Of a DNA stretch of 64,000 nt, positions 1-11,716 are shown piece after piece. The notes below the pieces were generated by a model. It ran no database searches. It saw nothing but the letters and a program-made list of their open reading frames with translations, and had not been told where the DNA came from. The stretch is taken from positions 70,186,001 through 70,250,000 of the forward strand of contig OZ076409.1 of NCBI GenBank assembly GCA_964187785.1, in the 5' to 3' direction. Origin of the DNA: Amphiscolops sp. MND2022 (Eukaryota). Position 1 is the first letter of the stretch; each line of letters opens with the position of its first letter. The translations under genes were made by a program, and so were the position numbers.

Positions 1-2
1 AG

Positions 3-812
3 AGGCTAACCAATTGACAGCATTTGACAGCAATTGACAACTAATTGACAGCAAGTCACTCCAAATCATTATTAATGACGTCATTTGAATACTTCCTACT
101 AGTTCGAGCGTAAATATGCTGGTCTTAACTGCAATGCTATTGGTCCGTGAAATTAGAAAATGCAAATCACTGGTCCCAGTCTAAGCCGCGTCCAATACGT
201 TGTTGATATTTAATTAGATTACGCACTTGTAATTTGAATAGATTTTGACAGCTCCTTCAACCACTTTTTTTTGAATTTTTCATTCAATTTTTGGGCTTTT
301 GTAGTTCCCTATTGAATAGAAAGCGGTTTCAGGGATTTTGGCACTGTAAGATTGATGAACATTTTCGTATTCATTCCAAAAAATGCATGCTTAGAATTTT
401 TTTGGGTTTTTGAGCCTTTCGAGGCAACGATATGGAAACCCATGTTCATGACTTGTTTTGCTTGAAGAGTATTGTGATGAATGTTCTAAAAAAGATTTTG
501 CGGAATGTTACTTTGTACTTTTCTCCGCGTCAATAAACATTGTCCTAAAAAAGGCTAACCAATTGACAGCATTTGACAGCAATTGACAACTAATTGACAG
601 CAAGTCACTCCAAATCATTTTTAATGACGTCATTTGAATACTTCCTACTAGTTCGAGCGTAAATATGCTGGTCTTAACTGCAATGCTATTGGTCCGTAAA
701 ATTAGAAAATGCAAATCACTGGTCCCAGTCTAAGCCGCGTCCATTACGTTGTTGATATTTAATTAGATTACGCACATATAATTTGAATAGATTTTGACAG
801 CTCCTTCAAGCA
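3..812. repeat. Direct repeat of ~260 bp, copies at 3-265 and 552-812 (offset 549), with internal AATTGACAG-type mini-repeats
   Basis: aggctaaccaattgacagcatttgacag...gacagctccttcaa is read twice almost identically; it may extend beyond the window start. Confidence 0.9.
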
Positions 813-1394
813 CTATTGGGCCATTTCTATTGTGTTTTGTATTTTTCCTTTTTAGAGTTGACAAGGTTATCCGTTGGGATCACGGACTCAAATATTGATC
901 TCTTCTGTTTTGTTTTTCAGGGTGGAAAAGAACTAATCTTATTTCAATTGTGTTTTTTCAATCGTTTAGACTGATATGGAAAACGGTGCTGAGGTCGGAA
1001 ATAAAATGTTTTAAGCGTGAATCAAAAGACCAGAAGTTTCTATCTTCTCAGAAATCATTTTTTGGGTTCTTACGTAACGGTTACGTTTGGTGATAAAATA
1101 CTTCCGCCTTAGCAATTTGTCGTGATGTAACTTAGGAAAAACAAGGTAAGAAATTTACTTATTTACTTTCTCAAAGCTCCATGGCCGAGTCCAGTGGCAA
1201 TTTTATGTATTCCTTCTTAGCAGGTGTACCGCCGACCGGTAGCGGGTCGTGACAATGAACACCTTGAGCATATTTTCAAAATGTTTCGCTTTTTGAGCCT
1301 TAGGTATAGCGCCAACTTAAGACGTTCCCTGTTGTTGTTTTGAAAATGATTTACCGTGACCTCATGTGGTTCGAAACGAGCATTCTTCGCCAGC

Positions 1395-4300
1395 CTTGCC
1401 ACAGTACCTAAGCACCTAAGTTTTTCCTCTGCTCTGTAGACGTAATGGACAGAAATGGGGAGCGGGGTACGTCTGAGGAGAAACATCTAAATACAAAACG
1501 GTAAAAACATTGCAAAATCGCCAAAGTTTTAGGCAATAATAAAACTTTTAGACGTTATTCCCGTTCTCAAAATTAGACAATTGAAAGAGAAAAAATCAAA
1601 ATTTGAAACTGTTCAGACCAATGGCTTTGAAACAACAGAGGATTGTCGCAGGGGTACCAATGCCTACGTTTTTTGCCTCCGGATTTTGAAATCTTTCTAA
1701 TGCTGGAAAAGTCTACCTCTGGGTTTGAATTTTTTGTAATATTAGATGAAATACAGAGAAGCATCTGGCGGAAAAACATCTAAAAATTTGGCATGATCAA
1801 CTTCGGAAAGCCGGAAAAGGTATAAAAATGACTTGAAGAAGATCTAAAATGTTACGAGACTCTATGCTTAATGCCATATCGCGTGAATGTCAGAATAGTT
1901 TAAAGACTTTCCCCGATTGTACGTTACATGCTGTGAATGTACGCTCGCCCTCACAGTGGCAAAAACCAGCTCATACTGCAATCACATTCGCGATCTTCGT
2001 TCACCCTTGGTCTTTACACCTGTTCGACTTCGCTTATCAGGATGGCAAGATAAACGGTCCCAAGGGGCCGCGGTGCACTGAAGTGAAAGAGGATATTCTT
2101 TCAAACAGATGTTATTACACTTTTCAAACATAATTCCTTTTTTCAGTTTAGTTGGTATTTCTGTGTACGTTATTCCGACGGAACTTTTAGACGTTACTCC
2201 AAAGACGCTATTCGCGGCGCCCCTTTAACGAAATGTAGATGTCCAAAAATGCTTTAAAAAAGACCTTCAAAAGATTAACTTAGTCTAAGAAAGCTTGTTG
2301 AATAGCTGCTTGTTGAAAACTTGTTGAATAGAAGTGATTGCAATGACTTAAAGGAGATTAGCAATGCAGACGAGTAAGAAACATCTCTGACGCTGTTTTG
2401 TTGGTTTGTCGCTGGAGTTTGGCTGAAAGATCACACGAAACCCGGTGAGGTTGCTTCATTTTCACACTTCCAGTTTTTGATTAAATAAAATTTTTATACT
2501 TCCCTCTCACATTGGCCAGAGATTTCGTTTCTTTATAAGGAGCTTGACACACACTTAAGTGTGGTATTCCTGCAAATGGTGAAGTTTCGATGAGAAACAA
2601 GGAAACTTGTAGCGCTCCGAAGTTCGTGAAGGCTTCAGGCTTGATAGACTGGCTAAAGTGTAAATTTTGCGAAAGATGGGTCTATTCAACCTCGCTGAAT
2701 GTTAGATGCTAGATGCTCAACAATGAACACTGCTGCTTCTGCAACAATGGCCTTTTCAGACTTGACAAGGTGTTCAACTCCGGCATCGATCATTTGAAAA
2801 GGTACCCAAAACTCCCGTATCCCTGTAGTTGACAAATTGGAAACCAAATTCATGATATTTGTCAAAACACGTCGAACACTGCATTATGGTTCAATTTGCT
2901 AGATTCGCTAAGCCATTTTTTGGAACAACCACCGCGGAGGAGGCAAATGTCAGAAATCATCACTAAGCGCGATAATCAATAGGTTTCTCCAGGAGGGTGT
3001 CAGTGAGCATTCACAACCGACTGGTGAGAACCTGCCGCAACAGAAAAGTGAGTTGGATCGACGACTGCGCTCAATTCGCACTAAACTAGACGAGGGTAAC
3101 GTTGGGGCCGAATTTAGAATGGCTCCAGGCGACGACAAGGTTGCTGACTTTACTGTCGACCAATTCGAGACACTCATGCTTCATGATCCGCTGTTCCAGA
3201 ACACCTCGATGTAAAATGTTGTTCATCGTCCGTCCAGTTTCCATGTGCAGAAGTTTAAAGTCCTTTCCCAAAGGGTCTATTGCATGTTTAGACAGCATTT
3301 TGTCTCACGTTTTTAACGACCTGACTGCCAAACCGAAAGGGCAAGCGTGATTGAAATTTCAAAAAAATTTGACGAATCTCGTAAATGTGATACTGGAAAA
3401 AATGTACCCGACGACCTCCGATCTTTCTTCTTCGAAGCTAAATTGATTGGGCAGAAAAATCTGGAGGGAGGACTTCGGCCTTTTGCGATTAGCAACACTT
3501 TCCGCCATCTGTCTGCGGAAGTTTCTGGTTACCATCTTTTTGAATTGCGTCATGCCAGGTACGAAAGAAGTAAGAGTGTGTATTAGGAGATACCCGAATT
3601 GGCATCACACGTTTTTCGTAGTTTAGTCGAACGTCCCTAACCAAATCAAAACATCGTACCTAAACTAGACTTTGAAAACGCATTATACTCTGCGCATTCA
3701 ATTATTCACACTCAGCATAAAATCTGCCAAGCTTCCTTCTTTACGCCGACCCGAATACCAAGTTTTGTTAAGGGCCACAGTAAGGAGACCTTGACCAATT
3801 AGCTTTATTTTCCGACTCCATTCAAGACTGGAAAGAAAACATGAAGTCGAAAATAAACCAATGGGAACTTCATAACGAAAACTTAAGTGACGATCACAGA
3901 AACGTGTTGAAAGATGGAACAAGTTATCTCCGGATCACCGCTTGGCGTGGAATCACATTCAGACTTTTTATAAAAGAAACATGATGACCTGAAAAAAGAA
4001 AACATTCAAAAAACTAGATGCGCTTGGCGGATTTCACTTTTTGAAGAAGTGTTTCAGGTTACTAAAGCTTCCGCACTTTATACGATTCAGCGCCTGTTTT
4101 AATCAAGAACCGGTTCTGGAGAAAGATGGAAAAATCGTCAAAAACGGGTGTTCCAAAGTGTGCAGCGTATTTTTTGACAATATTCGGAGCGCTGAGCTGA
4201 CTTTGCCAGCTGCAATTGGCGTTCTAGTGTCAAACGCGTCAATGTTAGCACTTCCTGCATTTTTGGCTTCGGCTTTCGATGCGCGTGATTTCCTAACGAC

Positions 4301-7272
4301 CATTTTCTCGGAAACTTTCAGTGTTTCTTGCCACAGTACCTAAGCACCTAAATTTTCCCTCTTCTCTGTAGACGTAATGGACAGAAATGGGGAGCGGGGG
4401 TACGTCTGAGCAGAAACATCTAATAACAGAACGGTAAAAACGTCTGAAAACTGTGCCTTTTTGCAAAATCGCCAAAATTTTACGCAATATTAAAACTTTT
4501 AGACGTTATTCCCGTTCTCAAAATTAGACATTTGAAAGAGAAACAATCAAAATTTGAAAATTTTCAGACCAATGGCTTTGAAACGACAGAGGATTGTCGC
4601 AGGGGTACCAATGCCTACGCTTTTTGCCTCGGGTTTTTGATATTTCAAAAATGCCTTCGGATTTTGAAATCTTTCTAATGCTGGAAAAGTCTACCTCTAG
4701 GTCTGAATTTTTTGTAATTTTAGATGGAATACAGAAAAGCATCTAGCGGAAAAAGATCTAAAAATTTGGCATGCTCAACTTCGCAAAGCCGTAAAAGAGC
4801 TAAAATTGACTTGAAGAAGATCTAAAATGTTACGAGACTCAATATTTAATGCCAAATCGCGTGAATGTCAGAATAGTTTAACGACTTCCCCCCGAATGTA
4901 CGTTAGATGCTGTGAATGTACGCTCGCCCTCACAGTGGCAAAAACCAGCTCATACTGCAATCACATTCGCGATCTTCGTTCACCCTTGGTCTTTACACCT
5001 GTTCGACTTCGCTTATCAGGATGGCAAGATAAACGGTCCCAAGGGGCCTCGGTGCACTGAAGTGAAAGAGGATATTCTTTTAAACAGATGTTATTACACT
5101 TTTCAGACATAATTCCTCTTTTCAGTTTAGTTGGTATTTCTGTGTACGTTATTCCGGCGGAACTTTTAGACGTTACTCTTTAGACGCTATTCGCGGCGCC
5201 CCTTTAACGAAATGTAGATGTCCAAAAATGCTTTAAAAAAGAACTTCAAAAGGTTAACTTAGTCTAGAAAGCTTGTTGAATAGCTTAAGTGATTGCAATG
5301 ACTTAAAGGAGATTAGCAATGCAGACGAGTAAGAAACATCTCTGACGCTGTTTTGTTGGTTTGTCGCTGGAGTTTGGCTGAAGGATCACACGAAACCCGG
5401 TGAGGTTGCTTCATTTTTACACTTCCAGTTTTTGATTTAAAAAAAATTATTTCCCTCACACATTGGCCAGAGATTTCGTTTCTTTAGAAGGAGCTTGACA
5501 CACACTTAAATGTGGTATTCCTGCAAATGGTTAAGTTTCGATGAAAAACGAGGAAACTTGTAGCGCTCCGAAGTTCGTGAAGGCTTCAGGCTTGATAGAC
5601 TGGCTAAATTGTAAATTTTGCGAAAGATGGGTCTATTCAACCTCCTGAATCCGATTGTGCTAGATGCTCAACAATGAACACTGCTGCTTCTGCAACAGGG
5701 GCCTTTCAGACTTGACAAGGTTCTCAATTCCGGCATCGATCATTTGAAAAAGTACCCAAAACTCCCGTATCCCTGTAGTTGATAAATTGGCAACCTATTT
5801 CATGATATTTGTCAAAACACGTCGAACACTGCATTATGGTGCAATTTGCTAGATTTGCTAAGCCATTTTTTGGAACAACCATCGCGAAGGAGGCAAATGT
5901 TAGAAATCATCACTAAGCGCGATAATCAATAGGCCTCTCCGGGAGGGTATCAGTGAGCATTCACAACCGACTGGTGAAAACCAGCCGCAACAAAAAAGTG
6001 AGTTGGATCGACTACTGCGCTCAATTCGCACTAAACTAGACGAGGGTAACGTTGGGCCGAAATTAGAATAGCTCTAGGCGACGACAAGGTTGCTGACTTT
6101 ACTGTCGACCAATTCGAGACACTCATGCTGAATGATCCGCTGTTCCAGAACACCTCGATGTAAAATGTTGTTCATCGTCCGTCCAGTTTTCATGTGCAGA
6201 AGTTTAAAATCTTCCCCCAAAGGGTCTATTGCATGTTTCGACAGCATTTTGTCTCACGTTTTTAACAACTTGACTGCCAAACCGAATGGGCAAGCGTGAT
6301 TGAAATTTCAAAAAGATTTGACGAATCTCGTAAATGTGATACTGGAAAAAATGTACCCGACGACCTCCGATCTTTCTTCTTCGAAGCTAAATTGATTGCG
6401 CAGAAAAATCTGGAGGGAGGACTTCGGCCTTTTGCGATTAGCAACACTTTCCGCCATCTGTCTGCGGAAGTTTCTGGTTACCATCTTTTTGAATTGCGTC
6501 ATGCCAGGTACGAAAGAAGTAAGAGTGGGTATTAGGAGATGCCCCGAATTGGCATAACACGTTTTTCGTAGTTTAGTCGAACGTCCCTAACCAAATCAAA
6601 ACATCGTACCTAAACTAGACATTGAAAACGCATTATACTCTGCGCATTCAATTATTCACACTCAGCATAAAGTCTGCCAAGCTTCCTTCTTTACGCCGAC
6701 CCGATTACCAAGTTTTGTTAAGGGCCACAGTAAGGAGACCTTGACCAATTAGCTTTATTTTCCGACTCCATTCAAGACTGGAAAGAAAACATGAAGTCGA
6801 AAATAAACCAATGGGAACTTCATAACGAAAACTTAAGTGACGATCACAGAAACGTGTTGAAAGATGGAACAAGTTATCTCCGGATCACCGCTTGGCGTGG
6901 AATCACTTTCAGACTTTTTATAAAAGAAACATGATGACCTGAAAAAAGAAAACATTCAAAAAACTAGATGCGCTTGGCGGATTTCACTTTTTGAAGAAGT
7001 GTTTCAGGTTACTAAAGCTTCCGCACTTTATACGATTAAGCGCCTGTTTTAATCAAGAACCGGTTCTGGAGAAAGATGACAAAATCGTCAAAGACGGGTG
7101 TTCCAAAGTGTGCAGCGTATTTTTTGACAATATTCGGAGCGCTGAGCTGACTTTGCCAGCTGCAATTGGCGTTCTAGTGTCAAACGCGTCAATGTTAGCA
7201 CTTCCTGCATTTTTGGCTTCGGCTTTCGATGCGCGTGATTTCCTAACGACCATTTTCTCGGAAATTTCAGTG
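1395..7272. repeat. Tandem duplication of a ~2.94-kb unit (1395-4326 and 4327-7272)
   Basis: cttgccacagtacctaagcacctaa at 1395 and 4327; the units are colinear and give paired ORFs (3347/6296, 4041/6991); they differ by small indels and substitutions. Confidence 0.95.
2545..4323 (+). mobile_element. Degenerate CRE-clade non-LTR retrotransposon, copy 1 (3' part cut by the duplication junction)
   Basis: FFFEAKLIGQKNLEGGLRPFAISNTFRHLSA, LDFENA and LTLPAAIG..LALPAFLASA motifs; homologous to the element at 18230-21827. Confidence 0.85.
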
Positions 7273-7570
7273 ATTTTTCGTTCATGCGAGCGATCGAGAA
7301 ACGGTTGGTCGTCCCAACCTGTGTTCGAGCGCACTGCTTACAACTTGATTTTTGAAAAGGACAAAAAACGTCAAAAATTTCCAACGCTCATCGAGGTAAA
7401 TTGGGGTCGCAGTGGGTGAGACAAAGCTCCTCGGGCAACCCTGGAGCCACCGGTGCTGATGCAGAATCACAAAAGCTTAAGCTTAAGAAGTGTCAAGTAT
7501 TGATTGATAACGAACACATTTTCCAACCGGTGGCACTTGAAGTACACGATTCGTCAGGTGAATCTAAGGT
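5497..7570 (+). mobile_element. Degenerate CRE-clade retrotransposon, copy 2, retaining remnants of the RLE C-terminus
   Basis: Same motifs as copy 1, plus GNPGATGADAESQK and IDNEHIFQPVALEV at ~7430-7550 matching the RLE end of the 18230 element. Confidence 0.85.
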
Positions 7571-7730
7571 GTACTAGAATAATGACGACAATCTATGTCA
7601 TCTGTCTGTTGAGGACCATATAAGTACATGTCTTGCCAACAAAGGACAGAACCTAATTTTTTTAATCAGGATGTTTATGTTGAGAACACATGGTAGCGAT
7701 AAGTATTTAGATGGTTTCACGAGTTAGTTT

Positions 7731-8125
7731 GTCTGCGCTTCATGAAGTGAAACGCGACTATTATACGATTACTTTTTTAAATCCACACCAACATTTGCCC
7801 GAATTGTTCCCCTTCACTTGATGTTTTGCAACTGAATGATGTTGAAAAATCCCAAAGGATCCCCCCTTTCAGTTTTTTCGGCATTGTGAGACTTTTTTTC
7901 AAGTTTTTTTCTTTGAAGAGTCCCCCTTCAATTTGATGTTTTGCAACATCTGATGTTAAAAAAAACGAAAGGGTCTCGCCCTAGCGGGACCCTGGCGCGC
8001 CATTTCGGTCCAACTTTATGGGTGGTTTTTCAAGTAGTGTAGAAGAGTATACTTTGACACTGATGTTATTTTGCTATTTTTGAGCCTTAGGTATGGCGCC
8101 GACTTAGGCCGTTCCCATATTGTTT
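7731..8125 (-). mobile_element. Non-autonomous Helentron/DINE-1-like repeat
   Basis: Terminal modules gagccttaggtatggcgccgacttaggccgttccc and gcgcttcatgaagtgaaacgcgactattata and internal aagggtcccccctttca units shared with other copies in the window. Confidence 0.6.
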
Positions 8126-8499
8126 TTAAAAAATTGACGAGGGTTTTAGACCTCGTCCCCAAGTTCCCCAGTGTCTTGGGAACGTCTTGCTGGACTAAGT
8201 CGACTGGGCGAAAAAACCTAGCGGCAGCGGGCTTCGCGAAGCAATAGGGTGAAACCTGACGAGAATGATTGGGCCTAATAACGGAAAGTGAGATATCAGA
8301 CAAACCAAATATCAAACACAGAATTCACAAGGTCCAAGTTCAACCTATTTTGACAAATCAAAAACAGGTACTTTAAAGCGGCGTCACATGTAGTAAAATT
8401 AACTTAAACGATCTTCATTTCGATTCAACCACACTGACTGCGTTGCCTGCCTGAAAAGGAGAGGTTTTTGCTTGAAGAGTGATCCCGCCCGAATTTCCT

Positions 8500-9090
8500 T
8501 GTTGGACGCTGTAATGATCAGCTTCCGGTCCATATTCGTGTATTATAATGGTTTCATCTAGCGTTTCGTTCACAACTCCTAGGGGAGCGTACGGTTGTCT
8601 TAACTCACTCATTTCCCAGGGCTGGAAGCAATCATCCTGATTTTTGTCCTTGTCGATTGGTGCGTTTGATTTGTATTTTTTTCTGGGAGTTAGATGGACC
8701 TGGTCTATCATTCTCGGCATCCTCTTCATCAGATATTATATAGCTGCTTCTGTTTACTCTGATCTCTTTAAGTATTTCTTCAAATTTGCGGTTTAATAGT
8801 TCTTCAATTTGTGTCATCTTAAAATTGTTTCGTTTGGCTAGTCTTTGAGATTACTTCTATTTCATTGATGATTTGTGAGGGTTCTGTTATCTCACTACCT
8901 AGATTCCTGTCAAGAATATTGTTAGCATTTTCAGAAACATTGATCAAAGTTGCATTACCTTGAGTGAGCCTTTTATCTGGTGTGTTGTCATCTCTATCAA
9001 AAGACTGAGATTCTATCTGTCTCGAACGCTTGTTCCTTTTGTTTCCCATTGTGGAAACAACTTTTGGTGTAAAATCTTTGAAATTCAAAG
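8500..9090 (-). mobile_element. Decayed gag-like 5' ORF, probably of a Ty3/Gypsy LTR retrotransposon
   Basis: Frameshifted ORF pieces MGNKRNKRSRQIES..EPSQIINEIEV / QIEELLNRKFEEILKEIR / ETLDETIII; the class assignment rests on recalled family resemblance and no pol motif is visible. Confidence 0.4.
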
Positions 9091-10045
9091 ACTTTGTTTG
9101 AAATGAAAGTTTGGAGTTATATTACAAAGAAAGATACTGCAAGGGTGGAAGTGTTTAGCTGATTTGAGTGACCGTCTTTTGCGTGAGATTTTGTTCAATG
9201 ACCGTGTGGAAAAGTGATTTTTAGGGTCTCTCCTTAAGTGATTTCATTGGTGGTGTTTTTAATAGCATGACCATCAATTTTATTGAAATCATCATAACGT
9301 CATGTTTCTAGGGTTAAGGGTTAAAAATAGGTCATAACGTCATGTCCCTAGGGCGTCTAAAAATAGCACTGTAGCGTCGGCGAGTTAATGAGGAACAATA
9401 TGCTTGTTATGGCGTTTTATCAGTATATCTCCATTTATGTTGTTTTATGAAAACCGCATAATGCAGTATATTCCATTAGAACTGTCTTGCTGGTGTTCAG
9501 TATGCTGGTTATGAATTGAGCATCATGCTGTTTTTAGGGGATTCCCGCATAATACTGTAGAGGTATAAGCACACCACTTGCACATATGCATTTGTTATGC
9601 TGTTTTGCTGTTAAGACAGCATATGCTGTTTTGTAACAACTGCATAAAGCAGCATAAATTGTCGATGAAAAAACGTATGGTCCCACTATGCTGTTTTAGA
9701 AGTAATTCAGCATGCTGTTTGTGTATACTTTCTGCATAGTCTTGCTATTGGCGCTTTATTACTATGGAGAAATTACATCAAACTACAATACAGTCTTCCA
9801 TGGTGAAACTGAGGAGTAAAAGTGAGGGTTTGGTTCTGGTCAGGTGGCAAAATTATCACTAAAGACTAATTTGTTTGGTCAATGTTTCCTTTTTCCTCTT
9901 TTATTCTGTCAACAGTTATTTCGTTGTTATAAACAAATCAATGAGGGCATCAAGTCATGTAAATTAACATCAATGAACACTATAACTTAAACAAATGATA
10001 AGAACAAAACAACAAGAACAATCATTCAGGAACAATTATTTCAGC

Positions 10046-10300
10046 TTACGAAAAAGTTCGAATGTTTTCAAAGTCTGCAACGTGACGATGATTAGCGTTG
10101 ACTCTTCGGGTCCCATAATAAAAGTCTTTTACTATGTATCCTTTGTCGATCAAGAAGTCGTCTGTTGCAATTTTTATTGCATTTTTCGCTGCTGTGACCC
10201 AATTGCGACAGACCCAATCCCAAAATCCCAAACTACAGCTGCAAAAGTTCCTTGTCAGTTTTTGCACACAAGCCACGAGACTTGAAAATCCGTATTTGCT
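10046..10300 (-). pseudogene. Possible SWIM zinc-finger relic (MULE-type transposase C-terminus)
   Basis: FCSCSLGFWDWVCRNW resembles the CxC..CxH SWIM pattern, but the His is missing. Confidence 0.25.
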
Positions 10301-10646
10301 GAACCGTCAATTTTAGGCTAAGGTCTTGCTTAACACTACGTTTAGCACTCCAGCAGTAAACCATTTATTCTACAGTGGTATTCATGTCTTCCGACTTGGT
10401 TGTTGGTGACTCCTGGAAAAGTGTGGTCCTTGTAGGCTTGAGAACTCCTGACTAAGTGTGGTTCCTAGCAAATTTAGAAGGGCCAACGTAAAGCAAACAT
10501 TATATGTAGTTCATGTTTTCTAACTAACTAATCTGTGAATATAATATTGAATAATTAACAATATATCGAAACCACACACTTCAGTCGTACATAATGCATA
10601 TGAAAATAGTTACAATGAAATTAAAATAAACATTCCGTCTATTTAT

Positions 10647-11090
10647 CACGTCCCCAAAATAGTTGCGGCTGCAAAATTCAATCATTTTAAAATTCCGCGC
10701 ATTCATCCCCGCAAACTTTTCCCGCGCTTTTCGTTAAAATCAACACAAAACACCGTTTGCTTAAAACATGCCAAAATTTTTGAAGATATTCCGGGTTTAT
10801 ATTCCATTGCAAAGCAATATGCTTTTTTATTTTCGACGTCCGCAGAGGTGGAGCGCCTGTTTTCGTACCATAACAAGTTTCTCACAGATGACTCGATCTT
10901 TAAAAAGCGAAACCATTGAATGGCTTTGTTTTTATACATTAAGTTGTATAATTTATATCATTGGTAATTACACTTTGTAATTTGAAATTATTGAACTTTC
11001 CGCGCTTTTCCCCACGATTTCAAGACATTTCAAATGCAACTGTTCCCGCGAATTGGTAAATTATATTTCCGCAACTTTCTAGGGGCCGTG
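10647..11090 (+). mobile_element. Internally deleted hAT-like element
   Basis: Imperfect TIRs CACG(T/G)CCCC..AGTTGCGG at both ends; internal STSAEVERLFSYHNKFLTD matches the hAT C-terminal dimerisation motif; no clean TSD. Confidence 0.7.
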
Positions 11091-11147
11091 ATTTTTTGAG
11101 TTGCTGATTACGATGAACGTATAAATACACACTTGACGGATTGAGCA

Positions 11148-11292
11148 TGCTAATCAACTGAAGCGCAATATTCATCTACGCATTAAAATAACAAAACACA
11201 TTGAGCGCATTAAAGTATGTCATACTTTAATGCGCTCAATGTGTTTTGTTATTTTAATGCGTAGATGAATATTGCGCTTCAGTTGATTAGCA
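11148..11292. repeat. Perfect palindrome, 72-bp arms with a 1-nt spacer (centre 11220)
   Basis: Arms checked base by base: tgctaatc...aaagtatg T catacttt...gattagca. Confidence 0.97.
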
Positions 11293-11592
11293 GAGAGATG
11301 TTTATATTGCTATTGGATTTGCTTTACCATTGCAATTGATAGATGTGTTTAATTTAAAGCATCCATTTCACTTACGATAACCATTTCATAATTTATTCTC
11401 TTCGTAATTATTAATCTCATTATTAGTTGAAATCTTTCTATCGATAGAAAGATTTCAACTAATAATGAGATTAATAATTACGAAGAGAATAAATTATGAA
11501 ATGGTTATCGTAAGTGAAATGGATGCTTTAAATTGAACACATCTATCAATTGCAATGGTAAAGCAAATCCAATAGCAATATAAACATGTCTC
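11293..11592. repeat. Near-perfect palindrome, 150-bp arms, no spacer (centre 11442/11443), 2 mismatches
   Basis: gagagatgtttat...ctttctatc|gatagaaag...ataaacatgtctc. Confidence 0.97.
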
Positions 11593-11716
11593 AAATTGCA
11601 AAAACCAATCGAAAGAACGGTGAATATTTGACTACATGAGTTAGGAAATGATACGGAATGAACAGTATCATCTCATTTGATTCACTTTTCAAATTCTATT
11701 TTTCCACTAGCCTGGT

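Noticed and set aside
9306..9325. Telomeric-like tagggttaagggtt
   Set aside because: Only two degenerate units inside a small local duplication
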